Origin: Macrostomum lignano
Taxonomy: Eukaryota
DNA: 64,000 nucleotides
NCBI GenBank assembly: GCA_002269645.1
Contig: NIVC01002342.1
Span: 1 to 64,000, forward strand
Reading direction: 5' to 3'
The notes below the pieces were generated by a model. That model saw only the letters and a list, made by a program, of their open reading frames with translations, searched no databases and was not told the origin of the DNA. The position numbers were made by a program, and so were the translations under genes. Shown here one piece after another: positions 22,236-33,747 of the stretch; the stretch's first letter is position 1; each line of letters starts with the position of its first letter.

Positions 22236-24681
22236 ATGGACTCGGGCTGGCAGCAGGTGGGGATGGTCTCCGACCTCGCCAAGGTGCGCTGCCGCCGGCT
22301 GTTCACCGAGCGAAGGGAGGACAGCATCGTCCTGGTGCACCTGCGGGGCCAGTTCTTCGCCATGAACGCCTGGTGTCCGCATCAGGGTAAAGGAGGGGGT
22401 AGTCTGCTCAGGATTCGAGTGCTGTGTGAATGTGTCTGCTCAGGATTCTAGTGCTGTGTGACTGTGTCTGATCAGGATTCTAGCGCTGTGTGAATGTGTC
22501 TGATCAGGATTCTAGCGCTGTGTGAATGTGTCTGATCAGGTTTCGAGTGCTGTGTGAATGTGTCTGCTCAGGATTCGAGTGCTGTGTGAATGTGTCTGCT
22601 CAGGATTCGAGTGCTGTGTGAATGTGTCTGCTCAGGATTCTAACGCTGTGTGAATGTGTCTGCTCAAGATTCGAGCGCTGTGTGAATGTGTCTGCAGGGT
22701 GAGTGCAGTGTGAATGTGTCTGCAGTGTGAATGTGTCTGCAGGGCGAGTGCAGTGTGAATGTGTCTGCAGGGTGAGTGCAGTGTGAATGTGTCTGCAGTG
22801 TGAATGTGTCTGCAGTGTGAATGTGTCTGCAGGGCGAGTGCAGTGTGATTGTGTCTGCAGGGCGAGTGCAGTGTGAATGTGTCTGCAGTGTGAATGTGTC
22901 TGCAGGGCGAGTGCAGTGTGAATGTATCTGCAGGGCGAGTGCAGTGTGAATGTGTCTGCAGGGTGAGTGCAGTGTGAATTTGTCTACAGGGCGAGTGCAG
23001 TGTGAATGTGTCTGCAGTGTGAATGTGTCTGCAGGGCGAGTGCAGTGTGAATGTGTCTGCAGGGCGAGTGCAGTGTGAATGTGTCTGCAGGGCGAGTGCA
23101 GTGTGAATGTGTCTGCAGGGCGAGTGCAGTGTGAATGTGTCTGCAGGGCGAGTGCAGTGTGAATGTGTCTGCAGGGCGAGTGCAGTGTGAATGTATCTGC
23201 AGGGCGAGTGCAGTGTGAATGTGTCTGCAGGGTGAGTGCAGTGTGAATTTGTCTGCAGGGCGAGTGCAGTGTGAATGTGTCTGCAGTGTGAATGTGTCTG
23301 CAGGGCGAGTGCAGTGTGAATGTGTCTGCAGGGCGAGTGCAGTGTGAATGTGTCTGCAGGGTGAGTGCAGTGTGAATGTGTCTGCAGGGTGAATGCTGTG
23401 TGAATGTGTCTGCAGGGTGAGTGCAGTGTGAATGTGTCTGCAGGGTGAGTGCAGTGTGAATGTGTCTGCAGGGTGAGTGCAGTGTGAATGTGTCTGCAGG
23501 GTGAGTGCAGTGTGAATGTGTCTGCAGGGTGAGTGCAGTGTGAATGTGTCTGCAGGGTGAGTGCAGTGTGAATGTGTCTGCAGGGTGAATGCTGTGTGAA
23601 TGTGTCTGCAGGGTGAATGCTGTGTGAATGTGTCTGCAGGGTGAGTGTTGTTTGAATGTGTGCAAGGGATTGCTGGATGAATGCGAGTGAAATGCAGTGT
23701 GCAAATCACAGCGAGCTGATTGAAAATTTGGCCAACCGCCAAGGCAGTGTGCATTCCTGACCATTAGAAAATCAAAGCCAGTGCACCCTGTGTGAGCAGG
23801 AGTACGAGTGCGTGCCTGCGTACAGTATCCGCGTGCTTGTATGTGCTCGGGATTCAGCGGAACCGGCAGAATTGCTTCAGCGCCGGTTCTGCTGGTTCTG
23901 ATCAATTCTTGTATCAAGGCGAATCCCAACAGAAGTAACATGAGATTCGTTCAAATCCGGCAGGCGGGCCGCTGTTCCGCGGCGACATCGAGGACGTGAA
24001 CGGGCAGCACTGCCTCGTCTGCCCGCTGCACCGGTACGCATTCAGCCTCAGCGACGGCACCGCCAGCTGCGGCCTGCGGGTAGGTTGCCGGTCTCTGAGC
24101 ACTGAGCACTGAGCAGGCCTCTAAGAGCCGAGCCGGAGAAGCCGCCGTCGCGAACCCCTTTTCATCTCTCCCTCTCGAAATTTTGATGAGCGCCCGGCCC
24201 ATCATTTTAATTCCGAGTCAGATTTTACCGTCGCGGCTCTTTGAGCACCGCGGCTTTGACTTTGATGGGAGCAGGTGGTCGGCGGGGGAGGGGGGGGCTG
24301 CCCTCGCTATCCGAGTCATGCGACCGCCGCCTGCCCACCCAAGCTGGCTAAATCCCTCTCCCGCCTCGCTATAGGGAGGATTTCATGAGTTCAAACCGGG
24401 CTTTGCCTCCGGGACAAGCCGGTTGTTGTCCCCGGGATCCGGCCGTCTGCTCCTGTGCGTCTGCAGCCTCGCGGCGGGTTTAATCAGCCAGCGCTGCTAC
24501 CCTTGATTTCTTTTCGCGGCCGGCTGCCTCTCCCTAGCGGAAGTCGGGGTGGGGGAGAAGGGCGGAGCTCACGCGGCTGTTTTTGCCCTGTCTTTTGCAG
24601 CAGTCGACTTTCGAGTGCAAGGAAGAGGCGGGCCAGTTGTACATCCGGTGCCCCTTCCGGTTGTCGCTGCAGCCATTATGA
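22236..24681 (+). CDS. Small Rieske [2Fe-2S] domain protein (RFESD-like), 3 exons (22236-22386, 23964-24079, 24601-24681), 115 aa
   Basis: Spliced product has AWCPHQGGPL (C-x-H) and LVCPLHRYAFSLSDG (C-x-x-H). GT-AG sites have matching phases (1, 0). Confidence 0.88.
22412..23655. repeat. Two related intronic minisatellites: a 32-bp array grading into a 28-bp (CTGCAGGGCGAGTGCAGTGTGAATGTGT)n array
   Basis: Seen directly; both share TGTGAATGTGTCTG. Confidence 0.95.
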
Positions 24682-25254
24682 GCAGTCTGTTCTCCAAGGC
24701 CTCGCTGCTGCTCTGCTTTTTCATTAATTAGACAAAACTGACCTGACTCAGCCATGTGGCAGACTGGATTCCGCACAAATATTCCATTGACATGGAAATA
24801 TGCATGCATGTAACTGCACTGCTGTATAGAATCCCTGCTCAGCCTCGTGAGGACATGCCATGTCACCTAATTTATGTTCTCACGCAGTAGTACAAGCTCT
24901 GTAATAAGAAAACTTGACGGCTTGAGGGCTGAAAACTCAGTCCTTTTGTAATCCTATCTCGCCTCCACACTTCCGCATTGCAACTCGAGCAAGCCTGTGT
25001 TTATCCGAGTGCAGCTCAACCAGCTTCCTGGAGTCGGAATGGCTGTATACAAGCCTCTATGTCTGACATCTGGCAAGCGGAGTCAGTAATGAATTTGTTT
25101 CACAGCAGTTTTTTAGAGAAGACAAGTTCCAAAATCGTGCGTTTTACGAGCGTATGCTCTGCTGACCAACCAATTTTTTATTCTGAAACTGCATCTGCAG
25201 ATCCATTTATAAGCTGTAAATGTAAGCTGTAAAATTAATCACTTCAAGTTTCTG

Positions 25255-26290
25255 ACAGTCAAATCCGCTCCAGACAGTCAGATCCGCCAGACAGTCAGAT
25301 CCGCCACAGACAGTCAGATCCGCCACAGACTGTCACATCCGCCACAGACTGTCACAGATCCGCCCCAGACAGTCAGATCCGCCACAGACTGTCACAGATC
25401 CGCCCCAGACAGTCAGATCCGCCACAGACTGTCACAGATCCGCCACAGACTGTCACAGATCCGCCCCAGACAGTCAGAACCGCCCCAGACAGTCAGATCC
25501 GCCCCAGACAGTCAGATCCGCCACAGACAGTCAGATCCGCCACAGACAGGCACAGATCCGCCCCAGGCAGTCAGATCCGCCCCAGACAGTCAGATCCGCC
25601 ACAGACAGTCAGATCCGCCACAGACAGGCGCAGATTCGCTCCAGATATTCACATCCGCCACAGACAGATCCGCCACAGACAGTCACATCCGTCACAGACA
25701 GTCAGATCCGCCACAGACAGTCACATCCGCCACAGACAGTCAGATCCGTCACAGACAGTCACATCCGTCACAGATACTCAGATCCGCCACAGACAGTCAG
25801 ATCCGCCACAGACAGTCACATCCGCTCCAGACATTCACATCCGCCACAGACAGTCACATCCGCCACAGACAGTCAGATCCGCCCCAGACAGTCAGATCCG
25901 CCACAGACAGGCGCAGATTCGCTCCAGACATTCACATCCGCCACAGACAGATCCGCCACAGACAGTCACATCCGCCACAGACAGTCAGATCCGCCCCAGA
26001 CAGTCAGATCCGCCACAGACAGGCGCAGATTCGCTCCAGACATTCACATCCGCCACAGACAGATCCGCCACAGACAGTCACATCCGCTACAGACAGTCAG
26101 ATCCGCCACAGACAGGCGCAGATCAACCCCAGACAGGCACAGATCCGCTCCAGACATTCACATCCGCCACAGACAGATCCGCCACAGACAGTCACATCCG
26201 CCACAGACAGTCAGATCCGCGACAGACATTCACATCCGCCACAGACAGTCGGATCCGCCACAGACAGGCACAGATCCACCCCAGACAGGA
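25255..26290. repeat. 19-bp satellite (CACAGACAGTCAGATCCGC)n; further blocks at 33045-33570, 42740-43667 and 44280-45350
   Basis: Seen directly; 19-aa periodic ORFs at 44234-45385. Confidence 0.95.
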
Positions 26291-27015
26291 GGAGGCTTCA
26301 CAAGCGCTAATTTTCATAAGCGCTAACTCACCTACTTTCACAAGCGCTAAATTTCACAAACGCTAACTCACCTACTTTCACAAGCGCTAAATTTCACAGA
26401 CGTTAAACTTTATAACCGCTAACTCACTTACTTTCACAAGCGCTAAACTTCACAAGCGCTAAACTTCTAATATACTAAAAATGGTCTGTCGGTATGTGTG
26501 TGTGTATGTGTGTGTGTGATCGATTTTAGCAAAAATGGCTCAACCGATTTTCTTCGAACTTGCACCATTCGATCAGAAATTTTTCCGTGACGGTACATGC
26601 ATCGTGGCTAAGAAATTGCTCGATGCTAAAGGGATTAAATATTCGAAAAACATGCTTTTTTGCAAAGGTCAAGCAGCTATTTCGACTTGAAACGCACTGT
26701 AAAAATGCTAGAGAAAAAACTGACTGGTTGAATTCTGATTCTGAAATAGATTGCATCACAATACACTTTATTTATCGTCTGTGTACTGGCTAAATTTGAC
26801 ACTCAATTGAATTGCGTCACAGCTTTGAGTGTGAAAGTATAGTGCAGTACTGAATTTATATTACGTAACCATATTGTTAGCTTTCATAGACACTGGTACT
26901 GACTTGCCTAAGAAATTGATTATGTCATAACTGCTTCGTGTGACTTTTTACTCTACCTGACTTGGTGTGAGTGTTGAATTATATAAGTGGTACAAATTCA
27001 CTGATAACTTCGATG

Positions 27016-27075
27016 AGAGCTAGCCTAGAGCTGAGCAGACCAGACTGCTAATGCAGCGACCTGGGTTCGAATCTA
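27016..27075 (+). other. tRNA-derived (SINE-head-like) motif inside the Helitron; also at about 29162, 34298, 36421 and 38708, with diverged copies at about 28530, 30915, 35813, 38100 and 40615
   Basis: GCTAGCCTAGAG (A-box-like) ... AGACTGCTAATGC (anticodon-arm-like) ... GGGTTCGAATC (B box). No full acceptor stem. Confidence 0.45.
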
Positions 27076-27135
27076 AGTAGTAGTGTAAAATTTTTTATTA
27101 AAAGCTTTTATTAAAGGACTAAATAAAAACACTTA

Positions 27136-28330
27136 GATTACTGCACTCGATAAGCTAAGGATTATTGCTCTTGGCAAACCAAGGATTACTGCACTCGATA
27201 AGCCAAGGATTGTTGCTATTAATAAACCAAGGATTACTGCACTCGATAAGCCAAGGATTATTGCTATTAATAAACCAAGGATTACTGCACTCAATAAACC
27301 AAGGACTATTGCTATTAATAAACCAAGGATTACTGCACTCAATAAACCAAGGACTATTGCTCTTGGCAAACCAAGGATTACTGCACTCGATAAGCCAAGG
27401 ATTGTTGCTATTAATAAACCAAGGATTACTGCACTCGATAAGCCATGGATTATTGCTATTAATAAACCAAGGATTACTGCACTCGATAAGCCAAGGATTA
27501 TTGCTATTAATAAACCAAGGATTACTGCACTCGATAAGCCAAGGATTATTGTAAACCAAGGATTACTGCACTCGATAAGCCAAGGATTATAGCTATTAAT
27601 AAACCAAGGATTATGCACTTGGCAAACCAAGGATTACTGCACTCGATAAGCCAAGGATTATTGCTATTAATAAACCAAGGATTACTGCACTCAATAAACC
27701 AAGGACTATTGCTATTAATAAACCAAGGATTACTGCACTCAATAAACCAAGGACTATTGCTATTAATAAACCAAGGATTACTGCACTCAATAAACCAAGG
27801 ACTATTGCTATTAATAAACCAAGGATTACTGCACTCAATAAACCAAGGACTATTGCTATTAATAAACCAAGGATTACTGCACTCAATAAACCAAGGACTA
27901 TTGCTCTTGGCAAACCAAGGATTACTGCACTCGATAAGCCAAGGATTGTTGCTATTAATAAACCAAGGATTACTGCACTCGATAAGCCAAGGATTATTGC
28001 TATTAATAAACCAAGGATTACTGCACTCAATAAACCAAGGACTATTGCTATTAATAAACCAAGGATTACTGCACTCAATAAACCAAGGACTATTGCTATT
28101 AATAAACCAAGGATTACTGCACTCAATAAACCAAGGACTATTGCTCTTGGCAAACCAAGGATTACTGCACTCGATAAGCCAAGGATTGTTGCTATTAATA
28201 AACCAAGGATTACTGCACTCGATAAGCCAAGGATTATTGCTATTAATAAACCAAGGATTACTGCACTCGATAAGCCATGGATTATTGCTATTAATAAACC
28301 AAGGATTACTGCACTCGATAGCCAAGGATT
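27136..28330. repeat. 24-bp minisatellite with a 48-bp higher-order dimer (CCAAGGATTACTGCACTCGATAAG / CCAAGGATTATTGCTATTAATAAA); also at about 29280-30720, 34418-35615, 36540-37905 and 38827-40420
   Basis: Seen directly; source of all PWLIECSN / ILGLLIA / NQGLLHS ORFs. Confidence 0.96.
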
Positions 28331-28644
28331 ACTGCGCTTGATAAGCTTGGCTACATGTATAGGATTATTTCTATCCAGGGATGCTTGCTATTTAGGGATT
28401 CTTGCTATGTGCAGGATGCTTGCTATCTGGGTGGATGCTTGCTAGGAGTATTAGGGGATGCTTGCTACTGGGGGGATGCTTGCTGTCTTGGGAATATTTT
28501 CTATTTAGGGGTAATGACTAAAATTCATGAGAGCTAGCCTAGAGGTAAACAGACTAAACTGCTAAATGCAGGGACGATGGTTCGAATTTTTAGAGAGTAG
28601 AGTTTTTTTAATTAAAGCTTTTTAACGTCAAGACAAAAAAAATT

Positions 28645-29035
28645 ATGGAAGCGTCATGTAAACAATCATAGAAGCGTCATGTAAACAATCATAGAAGCGT
28701 CATGCAAGCAATCATAGAAGCGTAATGTTAAAATCATACAAGCGTCATGTAAACAATCATACAAGCGTCATGTAAACAATCATAGAAGCGTCATGTAAAA
28801 ATCATAGAAGCGTCATGTAAAAATCATAGAAGCGTCATGAAAAAATCATAGAAGCGTCATGTAAAAATCATAGAAGCGTCATGTAAACAATCATACAAGC
28901 GTCATGTAAACAATCATACAAGCGTCATGTAAACAATCATACAAGCGTCATGTAAACAATCATACAAGCGTCATGTAAACAATCATACAAGCGTCATGTA
29001 AACAATCATACAAGCGTCATGTAAACAATCATAGA
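28645..29035. repeat. 23-bp minisatellite (AAGCGTCATGTAAACAATCATA[G/C])n; also at about 31030-31480, 35930-36290, 38215-38580 and 40730-41185
   Basis: Seen directly. Confidence 0.95.
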
Positions 29036-32000
29036 CACTGGTACTGACTTGCCTAAGAAATTGATTATGTCATAACTGCTTCGTGTGACTTTTTACTCTA
29101 CCTGACTTGGTGTGAGTGTTGAATTATATAAGTGGTACAAATTCACTGATAACTTCGATGAGAGCTAGCCTAGAGCTGAGCAGACCAGACTGCTAATGCA
29201 GCGACCTGGGTTCGAATCTAAGTAGTAGTGTAAAATTTTTTATTAAAAGCTTTTATTAAAGGACTAAATAAAAACACTTAGATTACTGCACTCGATAAGC
29301 TAAGGATTATTGCTCTTGGCAAACCAAGGATTACTGCACTCGATAAGCCAAGGATTGTTGCTATTAATAAACCAAGGATTACTGCACTCGATAAGCCAAG
29401 GATTATTGCTATTATTAAACCAAGGATTACTGCACTCAATAAACCAAGGACTATTGCTATTAATAAACCAAGGATTACTGCACTCAATAAACCAAGGACT
29501 ATTGCTCTTGGCAAACCAAGGATTACTGCACTCGATAAGCCAAGGATTGTTGCTATTAATAAACCAAGGATTACTGCACTCGATAAGCCATGGATTATTG
29601 CTATTAATAAACCAAGGATTACTGCACTCAATAAACCAAGGACTATTGCTATTAATAAACCAAGGATTACTGCACTCAATAAACCAAGGACTATTGCTCT
29701 TGGCAAACCAAGGATTACTGCACTCGATAAGCCATGGATTATTGCTATTAATAAACCAAGGATTACTGCACTCGATAAGCCAAGGATTATTGCTATTAAT
29801 AAACCAAGGATTACTGCACTCGATAAGCCAAGGAATATTGTAAACCAAGGATTACTGCACTCGATAAGCCAAGGATTATAGCTATTAATAAACCAAGGAT
29901 TATGCACTTGGCAAACCAAGGATTACTGCACTCGATAAGCCAAGGATTATTGCTATTAATAAACCAAGGATTACTGCACTCAATAAACCAAGGACTATTG
30001 CTATTAATAAACCAAGGATTACTGCACTCGATAAGCCAAGGACTATTGCTATTAATAAACCAAGGATTACTGCACTCAATAAACCAAGGACTATTGCTAT
30101 TAATAAACCAAGGATTACTGCACTCAATAAACCAAGGACTATTGCTATTAATAAACCAAGGATTACTGCACTCAATAAACCAAGGACTGTTGCTATTAAT
30201 AAACCAAGGATTACTGCACTCAATAAACCAAGGACTATTGCTATTAATAAACCAAGGATTACTGCACTCAATAAACCAAGGACTATTGCTCTTGGCAAAC
30301 CAAGGATTACTGCACTCGATAAGCCAAGGATTGTTGCTATTAATAAACCAAGGATTACTGCACTCGATAAGCCAAGGATTATTGCTATTAATAAACCAAG
30401 GATTACTGCACTCAATAAACCAAGGACTATTGCTATTAATAAACCAAGGATTACTGCACTCAATAAACCAAGGACTATTGCTATTAATAAACCAAGGATT
30501 ACTGCACTCAATAAACCAAGGACTATTGCTCTTGGCAAACCAAGGATTACTGCACTTGATTTATCAAGGATTATTGCTATTAATAAACCAAGGATTACTG
30601 CACTCGATAAGCCAAGGATTATTGCTATTAATAAACCAAGGATTACTGCACTCGATAAGCCATGGATTATTGCTATTAATAAACCAAGGATTACTGCACT
30701 CGATAGCCAAGGATTACTGCGCTTGATAAGCTTGGCTACATGTATAGGATTATTTCTATCCAGGGATGCTTGCTATTTAGGGATTCTTGCTATGTGCAGG
30801 ATGCTTGCTATCTGGGTGGATGCTTGCTAGGAGTATTAGGGGATGCTTGCTACTGGGGGGATGCTTGCTGTCTTGGGAATATTTTCTATTTAGGGGTAAT
30901 GACTAAAATTCATGAGAGCTAGCCTAGAGGTAAACAGACTAAACTGCTAAATGCAGGGACGATGGTTCGAATTTTTAGAGAGTAGAGTTTTTTTAATTAA
31001 AGCTTTTTAACGTCAAGACAAAAAAAATTATGGAAGCGTCATGTAAACAATCATAGAAGCGTCATGTAAACAATCATAGAAGCGTCATGCAAGCAATCAT
31101 AGAAGCGTAATGTTAAAATCATACAAGCGTCATGTAAACAATCATACAAGCGTCATGTAAACAATCATAGAAGCGTCATGTAAAAATCATAGAAGCGTCA
31201 TGTAAAAATCATAGAAGCGTCATGAAAAAATCATAGAAGCGTCATGTAAAAATCATAGAAGCGTCATGTAAACAATCATACAAGCGTCATGTAAACAATC
31301 ATACAAGCGTCATGTAAACAATCATACAAGCGTCATGTAAACAATCATACAAGCGTCATGTAAACAATCATACAAGCGTCATGTAAACAATCATAGAAGC
31401 GTCATGTAAACAATCATAAAAGCGTCATGTAAACAAGCATAGAAGCGTCATGTTAACATAGAAGCGTCATGAAAAAATCATAGAAGCCTCATATAAAAAC
31501 TAATGAAAGTGTCATTTAAAAAATTAAGAAGCATCATGGAAGAATAAAAGAAGCGTAACATAAAAATCAAAAGAAGCGTCATGTCAGACATGAAAGAAGT
31601 GTCATATAAAAATTAAATGAAGCTATAGTGCTGTGCTGGGGAGAATTACTGAGACGTCAAGGCTCACAGAGAATAACTGAGATTACAGGGGGGTTTCTGA
31701 GATGTTAAAGCAAAAGTCAGAAGCTACTTCAAAGTACATGTACTTTACTTAAGTTTTTTTATTGTATTCTTTGTTGGCTTGCCACGGTGGGGGGGCGCTG
31801 ATAGAAGAAGAGTCATGTAAAAATAAAAGGAGCACTATGTATACATAAAATAAAAGTCATGTCAAAGTTAAAAGATTCATTTGGGAATTGCTACGATGTC
31901 AAAGCTTGGAGGGAATCGTTATAGTGCTGTGATTCTTAAAGAAGGAATCACTTAAATGCCAAGGCTTAGGGAAGAAGAATTGCTGTGATTTCAAGGCTTT

Positions 32001-32439
32001 AGGTTGGGTTAAAGTTAGGTTTAGGTCAGGTTTGGGTTGAGGGTTAGATTTTAGCGGGTTTCAAGGTTAACAGGGGATTTTTTAGATTTCAAGGTTTATG
32101 GGGGGCATCGCTGACATGTCAAGGCTTACGAGGGGAATCTATCTATCTATCTATCTATAGCTGAGATGTCAAGGCTCACGGGGGAATAAATGAGATGTCA
32201 AGGCTAATGTCAGAAGCTACATGTAGTTTATTGGAAAAAAGTTATTACATTATTTGTTGGCTCCTCACGGGAGGGATCGCTGATAGAAAAAGCGTAATGT
32301 AAAAAATAAAAGAAGCTTCATGTCGAAGTTAAGAGATTCATTTGGGAATCTTTACGATGTCGAGGCTTGCAGGGAATCGCTATAATGCTGTAGTAGTGCT
32401 ATAATGACTCTTAGAGAGAATTACTGAAATTTCAATGCT

Positions 32440-32491
32440 TTAGGGTTAGGGTTAGGGTTAGGGTTTGGGTTAGGGTTAGGGTTAGGGTTAG
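32440..32491 (+). repeat. Interstitial telomeric-type repeat (TTAGGG)~8 inside Helitron copy 1
   Basis: Seen directly, with one TTTGGG variant; a degenerate version lies at about 31995-32050. Confidence 0.9.
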
Positions 32492-33747
32492 AAAGTAGAC
32501 AGATTTTTTAAGATTTCAAGGCTTATGGGAGCATCGCTGAGATGTCAAGGGGGGAGTTGATATGTTAAGGCTTGTGGGGGGGGATTGCTGACATGTCAAG
32601 GCTTACAAGGGTACTGGTAGCGTACTGAAGCATACTGGTAGAAGTAGCTCTGAAAGAAGGCAAGTATGGTTGAATTTCAATGTCTGTTATAAAATTCTGC
32701 ACAAGCATGTTTTATTGGTACATAAGCCTGGAATTAAAATGAGAATTCGATTCCTAGCCCCCCTCCCTAAGAATTTTTTTTCATTTTAAAGGATTCGTCC
32801 CTTGCTTATTGGCCACCCCAAAGGGGGGCGCTAGATTGCTAGTCACAAGCGCTAAATTTCACAAGCGCTAAACTTCACAAGCGCTAAACTTTACAAGCGC
32901 TAAACTTCAAATTAGTTCCAAAATCGTGCGTTTTACGAGCGTATGCTCTGCTGACCAACCAATTTTTAATTCTGAAACTGCATCTGCAGATCCATTTATA
33001 AGCTGTAAATGTTAGCTGTAAAATTAATCACTTCAAGTTTCTGACAGTCAAATCCGCTCCAGACAGTCACATCCGCCACAGACAGGCGCAGATCAACCCC
33101 AGACAGGCACATCCGCCACAGACTGTCACAGATCCGCCACAGACAGTCACACATCCGCCCCAGACAGTCAGATCCGCTCCAGACAGTCAGATCCGCCACA
33201 GACAGTCAGATCCGCCACAGACAGTCAGATCCGCTCCAGACAGTCACATCCGCTACAGACAGTCACATCCGCCCCAGACAGTCAGATCCGCCCCAGACAG
33301 TCAGATCCGACACAGACAGGCACAGATCCGCTCCAGGCAGTCACATCCGCTACAGACAGTCACATCCGCTACAGACAGTCAGATCCGCCACAGACAGGCG
33401 CAGATCAACCCCAGACAGGCACAGATCCGCTCCAGACATTCACATCCGCCACAGACAGATCCGCCACAGACAGTCACATCCGCCACAGACAGTCAGATCC
33501 GCGACAGACATTCACATCCGCCACAGACAGTCGGATCCGCCACAGACAGGCACAGATCCACCCCAGACAGGAGGAGGCTTCACAAGCGCTAATTTTCATA
33601 AGCGCTAACTCACCTACTTTCACAAGCGCTAAATTTCACAAACGCTAACTCACCTACTTTCACAAGCGCTAAATTTCACAGACGTTAAACTTTATAACCG
33701 CTAACTCACTTACTTTCACAAGCGCTAAACTTCACAAGCGCTAAACT

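Larger units (their letters stand above)
26466..32842 (+). mobile_element. Non-autonomous Helitron, copy 1 (about 6.4 kb)
   Basis: 5' end TCTAATATACTAAAAATGGTCTGTCGG-(TG)n-GATCGATTTT...GGCTCAACCGATTTT. 3' hairpin GCCACCCC-AAA-GGGGGGC followed by CTAG|T. No Rep/helicase ORF. Confidence 0.75.

Noticed and set aside
22664-23941. 425-aa and 256-aa His/Thr-rich ORFs
   Set aside because: Antisense translation of the 28-bp intronic minisatellite of the Rieske gene.
27016-27090. Functional tRNA-Ser(GCT) gene
   Set aside because: No complete acceptor stem or variable arm; kept only as a tRNA-derived motif.
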